From positions 73,585 through 137,584 of the forward strand of contig JACQLT010000002.1 of the NCBI GenBank assembly GCA_016203945.1: 64,000 bases of DNA, read 5' to 3'. This DNA comes from Parcubacteria group bacterium. Lineage in GTDB: Bacteria > Patescibacteriota > Minisyncoccia > Minisyncoccales > UBA10102. A program made the translations under genes and the position numbers. Shown piece by piece: positions 19,537 through 28,924 of this stretch. The notes below the pieces were generated by a model. It was not told the DNA's origin. It ran no database searches and saw nothing but the letters and a program-made list of their open reading frames with translations. The stretch's first letter is position 1; each line of letters opens with the position of its first letter.

Positions 19537-20106
19537 TTAGAAGGCAAGCTTTTTCCGACGAGAAAGCCACTCATCTCTGGTTATTCCATACCACACCTGA
19601 TCGACAAATGCTCCTTTATACAGCAACCGCTCCTTAAACGTACCCTGGTACGAAAGACCCATCTTTTTGTAGTTGAATACGGAAGCGACATTGGGAGCGT
19701 AGGCGCCCGTGGAAATAGAGCGGATTCGAAGCTTCAGAAACGCGAAATCAAACACAAGAGCAATGGCTTCCTGCGCAGCTCCCGTGCCCCAGTACTTCTT
19801 GTTCCCGATAAGATATCCGTAGTTCGCGTATTTGTGCATCGGATGAATGTCATACAGCGTAATGACGCCGATGTGCTTTTTTGTTTTCTTGTCAAATATC
19901 CCCCAAAGAAACTTGGTCTTCTGGTCAAAGCCCCTCACATACGCTCTCTGCGTTGCCAGAGTATGTTTCTTGAAACGCGCCTCAAGAAACTCATTCACCC
20001 CGGGGTCCTTCAGCCAAGAGACATATTCTTGGGTCACATCTTCTGGGAAAAGCGGCTTGAGCTGCGTCTGCCTGCCTTCAAACACGAGGGAACTATTCCT
20101 TGCCAT
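19537..20106 (-). CDS. GNAT N-acyltransferase (RimJ/RimL/PseH-like)
   Basis: YVSWLKDP, HIGVI, IGNKKYWGTG, NVAS...KKMG. Confidence 0.85.
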   Translation of the reverse strand: MARNSSLVFEGRQTQLKPLFPEDVTQEYVSWLKDPGVNEFLEARFKKHTLATQRAYVRGFDQKTKFLWGIFDKKTKKHIGVITLYDIHPMHKYANYGYLIGNKKYWGTGAAQEAIALVFDFAFLKLRIRSISTGAYAPNVASVFNYKKMGLSYQGTFKERLLYKGAFVDQVWYGITRDEWLSRRKKLAF

Positions 20107-20341
20107 GGGATTTCATTTTCTTTGTTATCGCTTCTTGGATTGCTGCGAAAGAGACGAGATCTGGAATTTCCCGATCGCCAAAACGCATGCCAAACTCTTC
20201 CTGGAGAGCCATGACAAGACGGAGATGCTGAAGCGAATCCCACTGGGCAATGGTATAAATGGATGCGTTGTCTTTGATGAGAGTGCGATCCACTTCCAAA
20301 GAATCCGCCATAATGCTTTTAATGCGTTCTTCCGTGCTCAT
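20093..20341 (-). CDS. Acyl carrier protein
   Basis: WDSLQHLRLVMALQEEFG phosphopantetheinylation motif; 82 aa. Confidence 0.85.
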   Translation of the reverse strand: MSTEERIKSIMADSLEVDRTLIKDNASIYTIAQWDSLQHLRLVMALQEEFGMRFGDREIPDLVSFAAIQEAITKKMKSHGKE

Positions 20342-22110
20342 ACGGCCTGCTGCGGAGTCATATGTATTGTCTGGAACCACGGAGGAAGGAAAGGAAGAGC
20401 GCCTTCTATATTCAATGCGTACACGTTCTCAGCTTGCTTTGTAAAACCTAGGTGCGGATAGAGATCTTTTACCACGGCATTCTTTGCGGTAGGAATATAT
20501 TCTCCAGTTATCAATGTTACTCCTTGTTCTTGCAGATACAACGCTACCTTAGAAATAACCGCTTGTTCAATCGTACGGCCAATGACCCGACAGCTCTGAA
20601 GAAACATATCAATACTCGCCTTCTTGTCTTGAATCTTTACAATGAGGAGGCCGACGACCCCGTTATCCCCGAATTTATCCTGTACAGACCAGGAAAAAAC
20701 CTGCCATTTGGGATCTTCCATGCGTCTCGTAATGTCTGCTTCAGAATACTTTTTTGTCGTAAGGTTGAACTGATTTGTCTTCTGGGTCATCTGGGCCAGG
20801 CGCGGAATCTGCATTTTCTCATTCACAAAAATCGTGAGACGCATGTCCAGGGTCCTCCAGAAATCTTCCAATGAAGCCGACTCCTGCTTTAGAGAGGCCC
20901 GTTTGCCCTGATCTTGATATATCCGCACCTTTTTCAGATCTTCTTGAGAATAGATATTCTTCTCAAATACGTGTAATTCCTGAAGGAACGCTGCGTATTC
21001 GCCAGCCCCCTCCGGAAGTTCCGGGGTATACACTTCGGGAACCCGTTCTCGCATTAATTCCCGCTCAACGGGGCTGTCGTCAAGGAATACCATGCTATCT
21101 AAACCGATATCGAGCTCTTGGGCTATTTCTTGGATTGATTGAGGTTTTAGGCCCCAGCCAATCTTTGTAATAACAAAATCCTCTAGGGCAAGAGGCATAT
21201 CGTCTTTCCTTTTTAGGAATGCTTCTTTGACGTCTTCAGGATTGTTTTTTGAGGCCATTGCAAGGACAATGCCTTTTGAAGAAAGATGTTTCAATTGAAG
21301 CTGAAAATCGTAATACGCGCGCCCGGGACCCGTTGGCCCAACGATGACGCGATCTGGCCCCTCCTCTCCCACAACCCCCCCCCACAGCGTATTATCAAGA
21401 TCAAGCACAATGCACTTTTTAGTTTTTCCGTAGGCGGCAAACATAACACGGGCAATCTCTTTTCCAATCTCTACCAAACCCTCTGAAGAAAAGGGTAAAG
21501 AAGAATGGTAGTACATATTCCAGTCGTAGAAACGCTTCTTGCCGATTCTTGAGGCGATGTCTTGAACATCAAGCATATATACCTCTTTATGCCGCGAGGC
21601 CGCAGCGGCAATGCTTCTGTTGAGATGGACTAACGCTTCTTTCTGGGAATAATCCCTCTGCGCATCCAGAATGCCATAATACCATCTGCCAGGATGATCG
21701 AATGTCGTAAGAATGATGCGGGGCTGTGATGTTCTGCGGGCTGCTGCAACAAGCTGCTCCATGCGATGAACAACTTCCTGCGTCTTCTTTTCCAGTTCCA
21801 AGGGAGTTATGTTGTGAAAGTCGTAGATGAGTTCGGGAAAAAATTCTTGGAGAGTGGCAAAGAGAAGAACGACATCATACGCGCCTTTGCCATACTCTCC
21901 TGCCGGGTCGAGAAGTTCCTGCTCAAATATGTTATAGCCGAAAAATCGGATGGTTGGCGCGAATCCTTCTGAAACAAGCTCGACCCGCACCACGGGCTCA
22001 ATGGGTTCCAGCGTGCACGAACGGAATACGGCAAGCGAAAGAGGCGTCCCTCGGGGTGTCTCGCCAATCTGTCTTGCTAGTTCCAAATAATCCTTGTACG
22101 TACTCTTCAT
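20338..22110 (-). CDS. FkbH-like HAD-IIIC glyceryl-ACP synthase
   Basis: KCIVLDLDNTLWGG, SKN, FLDDSPVE, KTNQFNLT, DKFGDNG, SCRVIGR. Confidence 0.9.
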   Translation of the reverse strand: MKSTYKDYLELARQIGETPRGTPLSLAVFRSCTLEPIEPVVRVELVSEGFAPTIRFFGYNIFEQELLDPAGEYGKGAYDVVLLFATLQEFFPELIYDFHNITPLELEKKTQEVVHRMEQLVAAARRTSQPRIILTTFDHPGRWYYGILDAQRDYSQKEALVHLNRSIAAAASRHKEVYMLDVQDIASRIGKKRFYDWNMYYHSSLPFSSEGLVEIGKEIARVMFAAYGKTKKCIVLDLDNTLWGGVVGEEGPDRVIVGPTGPGRAYYDFQLQLKHLSSKGIVLAMASKNNPEDVKEAFLKRKDDMPLALEDFVITKIGWGLKPQSIQEIAQELDIGLDSMVFLDDSPVERELMRERVPEVYTPELPEGAGEYAAFLQELHVFEKNIYSQEDLKKVRIYQDQGKRASLKQESASLEDFWRTLDMRLTIFVNEKMQIPRLAQMTQKTNQFNLTTKKYSEADITRRMEDPKWQVFSWSVQDKFGDNGVVGLLIVKIQDKKASIDMFLQSCRVIGRTIEQAVISKVALYLQEQGVTLITGEYIPTAKNAVVKDLYPHLGFTKQAENVYALNIEGALPFLPPWFQTIHMTPQQAV

Positions 22111-22457
22111 TGTTTGGTGCATATGACGAATGCCAAAGCATAATCTTTTACGTGAGCCATGCTTATCTGACAGGCAGGATGGCGGGCCTGCTTTTGCGGC
22201 AAGAATGCAATGGAGGGTTTTCCCGATGCGGATGTTCTGATCTCAACCTGCAGATAGGATACGGGCTTTTCGATCGCTTTGAATGTTGCTTCTTTTGCCG
22301 CAAAGCGCGCGGCAAAATGTTGGAGCGGAAATGCCTTGCTCTTGCAGAAGCGGATCTCTTTTGCGCTAAATACGCGCTTCATAAATTCTTGCTTCTTCAT
22401 TGCCTTGGCAAAATCAGGAAGAAATACGATATCAACGCCGACTCCTAATACAGACAT
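22107..22457 (-). CDS. acpS: Holo-ACP synthase
   Basis: GVGVDIV, AARFAAKEATFKA, GKP, ISMAH. Confidence 0.9.
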   Translation of the reverse strand: MSVLGVGVDIVFLPDFAKAMKKQEFMKRVFSAKEIRFCKSKAFPLQHFAARFAAKEATFKAIEKPVSYLQVEIRTSASGKPSIAFLPQKQARHPACQISMAHVKDYALAFVICTKQ

Positions 22458-22467
22458 ACGCGTGTGG

Positions 22468-23607
22468 CTATCTTCGATATCGCGCAATGATCTCGCGCAC
22501 TGCCCTGACAACAGCGCGTATTTCTCCCGATATCATCTTGGGAAACAACGGCAGGGTTATCGCCCGCTCATAATACTGTTCAGCAATGGGGAAATCGCCT
22601 TTCTTGTATCCGAATGTTTTTTTATAAAACGGATGGAGGTGAACCGGAATATAGTGCACCTGCACGCCAAGGCCTTTGTTGCGCAACGCTTCAAATATTT
22701 TTCTTCTTCCGGTTTTTAATAATTCCAAGCGCAGTCGGATGGGATACAAATGATACGCAGACCTGGCATACGCTTTCTCGACAGGAAGAATTATCTCTGA
22801 AATATTACGAAACGCTTGGTTATACCGTCGCACGATCTCTCTTCTCGTCTTTACGAACCTATCCAGTTTCTGGAACTGACTGAGGCCCAGGGCGCACTGT
22901 ATGTCAGAAATGCGGTAATTATATCCCGGCCTCTCTATCTCGTAATACCATGCTCCCCTCTCTGGTTTTCTGATAAGTCCGTGGTTTCGAAACGCCTTTA
23001 GAGTTCTGTAGAAATCCTTTCTGTCGGTAACAACCATTCCTCCTTCTCCCGTAGTAATGGCTTTTACCGGATGAAAGCTGAACATGGTCATATCGGAGAA
23101 TGATCCTACTTTCTTGCCTTTGTATTCTGAACCCAAGGCATGGGCGGCATCTTCAATAACCAGAAGATTGTGCTCTCTCGCGATCTTTTTTATGGTGTCC
23201 AGTTCTGCTGGATGACCTGCAAAATCAACCGGAGCCAACGCCTTGGTCCTTTTGGTAATTTTCTTTTTGATTGCTTCTGGGCTGATATTCAACGTATTCT
23301 CTTGAATATCGGCAAAGACGGGCTTTCCTCCGCAATACACAATGGCGTTCGCGGTCGCGGCAAACGTCATGGGAGTGGTGATAACTTCGTCTCCCGGCCC
23401 GATGCGAGCCGCAGCGTATGCCGCGTGCAAAGCTGCGGTTCCCGAAGAAAACGCCACCGCGTACTTTACTCCGCAATACCCGGCTATTGCCTGCTCAAAT
23501 TGCTCGACTCTTGGCCCCTGGGTAATCCAGTCGCTCTTTAATATACGCACAACGGAAGCAATATCGCTCCCGTCTATTTGCTGGTGGCCGTAGGGAATAG
23601 TTTTCAT
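22468..23607 (-). CDS. pseC: UDP-4-amino-4,6-dideoxy-N-acetyl-beta-L-altrosamine transaminase
   Basis: IPYGHQQI, ITQGP, EDAAHALG, FSFHPVKAITTGEGG; follows pseB. Confidence 0.85.
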   Translation of the reverse strand: MKTIPYGHQQIDGSDIASVVRILKSDWITQGPRVEQFEQAIAGYCGVKYAVAFSSGTAALHAAYAAARIGPGDEVITTPMTFAATANAIVYCGGKPVFADIQENTLNISPEAIKKKITKRTKALAPVDFAGHPAELDTIKKIAREHNLLVIEDAAHALGSEYKGKKVGSFSDMTMFSFHPVKAITTGEGGMVVTDRKDFYRTLKAFRNHGLIRKPERGAWYYEIERPGYNYRISDIQCALGLSQFQKLDRFVKTRREIVRRYNQAFRNISEIILPVEKAYARSAYHLYPIRLRLELLKTGRRKIFEALRNKGLGVQVHYIPVHLHPFYKKTFGYKKGDFPIAEQYYERAITLPLFPKMISGEIRAVVRAVREIIARYRR

Positions 23608-24587
23608 ATCTCATGCTTCATTGTATCAAGCATCTTTTTCATTTCTTCCTTTGTGATGGCGCGCTCATTCCGGTCGCTCCGATATGAAAAACTGGCGGGG
23701 ACGGGCTTCCCTTCCTTTGAGTTTTCTTCTTTCCAGAAAGAAAATTCGGGAGCAATCACATACATATCATCAAACTCTCTTGTATGTCTTGCCTCTTCTT
23801 CGCAAATGAGCGTTTCGTGAAGCTTCTCTCCGGGGCGAATGCCGACGATTTTTACTTTGGCTTCGGGCGCCACCGTCTGAGCCAGATCAAGAACCCGCAT
23901 GCTCGGAACTTTTGGCACGAACACTTCGCCTCCATGCATGCGCTCAATGCATGTGATGACGAAACGAATGCCTTCTTCGAGCGAGATCCAAAATCGCGTC
24001 ATGCGCTCGTCGGTTACGGTAACTTCCCCTGTTTTGCGCTGTTCCAGGAATAGAGGAATGACAGATCCTGAAGAGGCGATCACGTTGCCGTAGCGAGCCG
24101 AGCTCAGACGCACGTTCTTATGGCTGCCGTATGCGTTTCCCTGAACAAAGAGTTTTTCCGCAACCATCTTTGTGGCCCCATACAAATTTGCGGGCTGCAC
24201 CGATTTATCGGTGCCGATGTTCATCACCAAGGGCACCCGCTGATCAATGGCGGCGTCAATCACATTGACGGCTCCTTCAATGTTGGTGCGTACCGCCTCA
24301 ATCGGATTGTATTCGCACACGGGGATATGCTTTAAGGCTGCGGCATGCACCACCACGTCAACGTCTGCCATAGAACGCTCCAGGCGACTCTTGTCTCGTA
24401 CGTCTCCGAGAAAAAAGCGCAGGCGCCTATCAGAAAACCTGCGCCCCATTTCAACGAGTTGCAGCTCGTTGTTGTCAAAAATACGCACGACCGCAGGGTT
24501 GTGTTCCTTGAGAATAACCTCGGCAAACTCCTGCCCAAAAGAACCCGCCCCTCCCGTTATCAAAATTGTTTTGCCTTGAAAAATCAT
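23604..24587 (-). CDS. pseB: UDP-GlcNAc 4,6-dehydratase (inverting)
   Basis: TGGAGSFG, HAAALKH, EYNP, TDK, YGATK, RYGNV, MTRFWI, GIRPGEKLHE. Confidence 0.9.
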   Translation of the reverse strand: MIFQGKTILITGGAGSFGQEFAEVILKEHNPAVVRIFDNNELQLVEMGRRFSDRRLRFFLGDVRDKSRLERSMADVDVVVHAAALKHIPVCEYNPIEAVRTNIEGAVNVIDAAIDQRVPLVMNIGTDKSVQPANLYGATKMVAEKLFVQGNAYGSHKNVRLSSARYGNVIASSGSVIPLFLEQRKTGEVTVTDERMTRFWISLEEGIRFVITCIERMHGGEVFVPKVPSMRVLDLAQTVAPEAKVKIVGIRPGEKLHETLICEEEARHTREFDDMYVIAPEFSFWKEENSKEGKPVPASFSYRSDRNERAITKEEMKKMLDTMKHEI

Positions 24588-24627
24588 GAAATCCGTAGAC
24601 CCTGTATATCACACATGCTCCGCTTTA

Positions 24628-26523
24628 TCAACGAGGTGTCATCCAGCGCTCGTACCACATTTGAAACATGAGCAGGAACCAGAGCTTGTGCGCATCCACT
24701 CCCCTGCCTTCTCTATGGCGCTTGAGCGCGCGCTGAACCGCCCGCTGGTCGAATAACCCGTGCAGCAAAAGACGCTCTGGTGCCAGATACTCCTGAAGAA
24801 AACGGGAAAAATCCTGCCTAAGCCAGGCATGGATGGGAATGCCAAATCCCTGCTTGGGGCGCTCGATGAGTTCCTCTGGGATGTAGCGCGCAAGAATCTT
24901 CTTGAGTAAATATTTGCTTTGTCCCTTTTTAAACTTGATGGAACTTGGAACCCGAGCAACGTACTCGGCTATCTTTTGATCAAGAAATGGCTCTCTCCCT
25001 TCCAGGCCGACTGCCATGGTCGCCCGATCTGCTTTTACCAAGATATCGTCTGGCAGGTACACGCGAAAATCCGCGACTTGCATCTTGGCGAACGCATCAA
25101 GAGAACCAAGCTCATTAAACCCGTAGAAACTGCTGTTGGCATCAAATGGAAATCGAAGAAGCTGCAAAAGCTGCTGGCGCGTCCAGAAGGAGTTGGCGGT
25201 GCGGAATATGTCTTCAAATGAGCGTTCGCGCAGAAGATTTCTTAGTTTATACACCTTATTTTTTAAGTTCGTATGTTTTTTTAAAGAAGGAGAAAAAAGG
25301 GCTAGTCCAACAGCGAGCGAACGAGAGAGCGCTGGCGGCAACGCCCCAAATTTTCTCTGGTACCACTCCAAAGCCCCGTATTTGGGGTATCCGCCAAAAA
25401 GCTCGTCTCCCCCATCTCCGGAAAGAACTACTTTTACCTGTTCTCTCGCAAACTTGGAAACCAGATGTGTCGGGATTGCCGAGCTGTCTCCAAACGGCTC
25501 GTCATACATGTCGGGAAGCTGGGGAATGACGTCGGCTGCCATTTCTTTGGTGCAGTAGAGCTCGTGGTGTTCGGTCCCAAAATATTGAGCTATCTTCTTT
25601 GCGAATGGCGCCTCGTCGTATCCTTTTTCATGGAACCCAATTGTGAACGTCTTTATGGGAGCTCCCGCCTGTTTCTGCAAGAGAGCGGCTATCGTGGAAG
25701 AATCTAGGCCGCCGCTCAAAAATATCCCGACTGGCACGTCTGCCACCATGCGGTAGCGAAACGATTCAAGAAGAATGCCTTCCAATTCTTCTATGATTTC
25801 CTCTTCGGATTTCTGAAAAGGTCCAAGCTGGTAAAAGGAGGCGATGTCCCAGTATCGCACTTCCTTTGAGTTGCCGTGCGTATCAATCTCAAGATAGGAG
25901 CCCGGCTGCAGCTTGAAGGTGTTCTGAAATATAGTATGGGGCGCCGGAATGTAGCCGAGCTGCAGAAACAAAGCAAGCGCTTCGTAATTGATCTCTTTCT
26001 TGAACTCGGGGTGTTTGTGAAGCGCCTTGAGTTCTGAAGCAAAAAGCAAGAGGCCGTTTTTTTGGTAATAGTACAAAGGTTTTACGCCCGCCCGGTCCCT
26101 GCACAAGATGAGTTTGCCGGAGTTGGCATCCCAAATGGCAAAAGCGAACATGCCCCGGAACCTTGCGACACTTTCCATGCCCCATTCTTCATACGCCTCA
26201 AGAATGACTTCTGTGTCCGAGGCGCTCTTAAATTTCCTGCCTCGTTTCTCAAGCTCGCTGCGAACTTCTTGAAAATTATAGATCTCTCCATTGAACGCGA
26301 TCCAAAGAGTTTTCGTTTTGTTTGCCATGGGCTGATGCCCCAGCGAAGACAAGTCAATGATGGCAAGACGCGTATGACCCAGACCGATGCCGTGTTCTTG
26401 AGAAACAAAAACGCCCCGGTCGTCAGGACCCCGATGGCTGAGGCATTCTGCCATGCGCGAGAGCACGCTCTCCTCAAGAAAAGAGCGCTGCCGAGCGTCA
26501 AAAATACCGACAATGCCGCACAT
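24628..26523 (-). CDS. asnB: Asparagine synthase-like glutamine amidotransferase (glycan-associated)
   Basis: MCGI, HRGPD, FNGEIYN, LSGGLDSS, SGDGGDELFGGY. Confidence 0.9.
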   Translation of the reverse strand: MCGIVGIFDARQRSFLEESVLSRMAECLSHRGPDDRGVFVSQEHGIGLGHTRLAIIDLSSLGHQPMANKTKTLWIAFNGEIYNFQEVRSELEKRGRKFKSASDTEVILEAYEEWGMESVARFRGMFAFAIWDANSGKLILCRDRAGVKPLYYYQKNGLLLFASELKALHKHPEFKKEINYEALALFLQLGYIPAPHTIFQNTFKLQPGSYLEIDTHGNSKEVRYWDIASFYQLGPFQKSEEEIIEELEGILLESFRYRMVADVPVGIFLSGGLDSSTIAALLQKQAGAPIKTFTIGFHEKGYDEAPFAKKIAQYFGTEHHELYCTKEMAADVIPQLPDMYDEPFGDSSAIPTHLVSKFAREQVKVVLSGDGGDELFGGYPKYGALEWYQRKFGALPPALSRSLAVGLALFSPSLKKHTNLKNKVYKLRNLLRERSFEDIFRTANSFWTRQQLLQLLRFPFDANSSFYGFNELGSLDAFAKMQVADFRVYLPDDILVKADRATMAVGLEGREPFLDQKIAEYVARVPSSIKFKKGQSKYLLKKILARYIPEELIERPKQGFGIPIHAWLRQDFSRFLQEYLAPERLLLHGLFDQRAVQRALKRHREGRGVDAHKLWFLLMFQMWYERWMTPR

Positions 26524-26569
26524 AGAGCTAAGTGGACACAGACACAGAATTTCTATATCATATAATCGT

Positions 26570-28924
26570 ATGCTCTACAAGAAGGATTGGGGACGCCGTA
26601 TTCTTTTTTTGTGCTTTGCAGTAATTCTTTTTCTCCCCCTATTAGACATCCCCCCTTGGCTCTCTCCGCCCGACTGGGGGAAAGCCATAGTCTTTAGAAT
26701 TGCTGTTTCTCTTTTGTGGATGTATGTTGCATGGACCGTATGCACCGGAAAAAAACGGATAGGAACAATTTCTCTCAAGAGCATACCAGGGCTGCTTATT
26801 ATCGTTCTTGTGTTACAGGTACTGGTGTACTTGCTTGCTGCTGTCTTTTCTCCAGATCCTCTTATGAGTTTTCTGGGAGATCCGATAAGATCCGGGGGTC
26901 TCGTGAATTATGCTTTTCTGGCATCGTTTGTATTTCTCTTGCTCTTCTTCCTGGAATCTGACGACTGGCAGACCGTTATGAAATGGGCTATTTGGGGAGC
27001 AGTTGGAGTAAGCGCCGTAGCCATTGTTCAGTGGCAAGGCCTTCTCCCGGAACTCTTTGTCGCCACCGGCACAAGGCCCACAAGCACCCTTGGAAGCACC
27101 ATGACCCTTGGCCTATTTCTTATTTTGTTTGTATTTCTGTCTCTTACCAATAAAAAGTGGGGCCTCCCGCTTGCCGCGCTCTTTACCTTTGTGATTGCGC
27201 TCACGGAAACAAGGGCGGTATTTCTGGGCTTGGGAATCGGCCTGTTTTTCTTCCTTTTCTGGTATCCGACAAAAGAGAAAGCGCGAGCTCTCTTCATGAA
27301 GTACGTCCTTATAGGAACGCTTCTCTTGGGAGGAGTGTTGCTGCTTGCGGCAAACCTCTCGCTCTCATCCCCGGATCTTCTAAAACGCCTAAAAGTTCCA
27401 AATTTCCAAAACGAACCGCGTTTTGCCGCATGGCAGGTTACGCTTCAGGCTATCAACGCAAGCCCTGTCTTGGGATATGGGCCTGAAAACTTTGCCATCG
27501 GTTTTGACAAATTCTACAATCCCGCGCTTCCCAACCTTAGCAGAGTGCCGGGTTCTGGCGTCACCACGTGGTGGGACCGCGGCCACAACATTCTTTTAGA
27601 CACTGCCATGCAAGGAGGGATAGGAGCCGTTCTTCTTCTCTTGCTGCTCTGGATGCTTCTTTTCTGGGGCCTTCAGAAGGTAAAGAAAGAGAAGGGTGAG
27701 CTTGCGCTTAAGGCTCACGGCCTGCAGGCCGCATTCCTTGGGTATGGGGTGGCAAATCTTTTCAGTTTTGAAACCTTTTCCACCCAGCTCATCTTCTTTA
27801 CTCTTCTGGCTTATTCTTTGCATCTGATTTCTTTACGGAGGGACCTGCCGCCAAAGCGAAGTTCGGGCGAGGCAGGTCCCTCCAAGCTACGAGTGCCCAT
27901 CTTCATACTTGTGGGCTTCGCTTTCCTCTGGTTCAATTGGAATTATACGCTCAAGCCATTGGCTGCGAACGCAAATATTATAGAAGCAAAAGCGCTTGCT
28001 AAAAGCGGCAACTGCCAAGAAGCCCTGCCTCTCGCAGAGAACGCCGTGCGTGGGGCCCCGGGTCCCATGAAATCATACGCTGCGCTTTCTTTGGGAGATA
28101 TTATTTTAGATTGCCAAAGCCAGCTGCCAGACAAACGCCCAGAGTTGGCGCAAAAAGCAATTGAGGCCTTGCAAACAGCAGATGAAAGCCGGCCGCTCTT
28201 TCCAAGAGCATGGATAGCGATGGGGGGCTTCACCAACATATTGCTGGAAACAGCTTCAAGAGAAGGAAACCAGGAAAAAGTGAAGGGGGAAGCTGCAAAT
28301 GCCGATATGTTTTTCAGAAAGGCCCTTGAGTTGAGCCCCAAGCGCCAGGAAACATACATTGAATGGGTAAAAACCTTCTTGATTCAGGGCGATTATGAGG
28401 GGGCTAAAGAAAAAATCGGAGAGTGTCTTTCGCTCAACATCAACTCTGCTCACTGCTGGTTTCTCTTGGCAAGAGCTGAAATTTCTTTGGGGAATGCAGA
28501 GCAGGGATCTCATGCCCTCAAGACAGCTGAACTGCTTGGATACAATCCGACATCAAGACGATCGCTTCTCCAGTTAGCCAATGCGTATCTTGCCTCTCAA
28601 AACTACCAAGCAATGGCAAAGATATACGAAACACTGACATCTTCCAATTACGACCCCGTGCCTCGCGCGTATTATGAGACCCTAATTGCGCTCTATCAAC
28701 AACTCGGCCAAAGAGAAAACATACTGCACGCAGCAGGAAGAATGTATCTTGTCTTTGGGGATTACGAAAAATCGAAGGTCACTGCCAAGGAGTGCATTGC
28801 CTTCAATGCCCAATCTGCCTATTGCTGGTACTTGCTTGGAAAAGCTGAGTCTGCCTTAGGTAATGAAGAAGAAGGAGAAAGGGCAAAGGCGAGAGCCCAG
28901 GAACTCTTTGAAATAAAACAATGA
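26570..28924 (+). CDS. O-antigen ligase/O-oligosaccharyltransferase-family membrane protein with C-terminal TPRs
   Basis: Many TM segments, TETR, PVLGYGPENF, DRGHN, TPR-like helical repeats; start MLYKK just after a -10 box. Confidence 0.8.
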   Translation: MLYKKDWGRRILFLCFAVILFLPLLDIPPWLSPPDWGKAIVFRIAVSLLWMYVAWTVCTGKKRIGTISLKSIPGLLIIVLVLQVLVYLLAAVFSPDPLMSFLGDPIRSGGLVNYAFLASFVFLLLFFLESDDWQTVMKWAIWGAVGVSAVAIVQWQGLLPELFVATGTRPTSTLGSTMTLGLFLILFVFLSLTNKKWGLPLAALFTFVIALTETRAVFLGLGIGLFFFLFWYPTKEKARALFMKYVLIGTLLLGGVLLLAANLSLSSPDLLKRLKVPNFQNEPRFAAWQVTLQAINASPVLGYGPENFAIGFDKFYNPALPNLSRVPGSGVTTWWDRGHNILLDTAMQGGIGAVLLLLLLWMLLFWGLQKVKKEKGELALKAHGLQAAFLGYGVANLFSFETFSTQLIFFTLLAYSLHLISLRRDLPPKRSSGEAGPSKLRVPIFILVGFAFLWFNWNYTLKPLAANANIIEAKALAKSGNCQEALPLAENAVRGAPGPMKSYAALSLGDIILDCQSQLPDKRPELAQKAIEALQTADESRPLFPRAWIAMGGFTNILLETASREGNQEKVKGEAANADMFFRKALELSPKRQETYIEWVKTFLIQGDYEGAKEKIGECLSLNINSAHCWFLLARAEISLGNAEQGSHALKTAELLGYNPTSRRSLLQLANAYLASQNYQAMAKIYETLTSSNYDPVPRAYYETLIALYQQLGQRENILHAAGRMYLVFGDYEKSKVTAKECIAFNAQSAYCWYLLGKAESALGNEEEGERAKARAQELFEIKQ
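27837..27883. repeat. Palindromic REP-like element in-frame in the ligase gene
   Basis: 13-bp stem GGAGGGACCTGCC/GGCAGGTCCCTCC; inner 18-mer matches the uvrC element 17/18 on the opposite strand. Confidence 0.7.
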
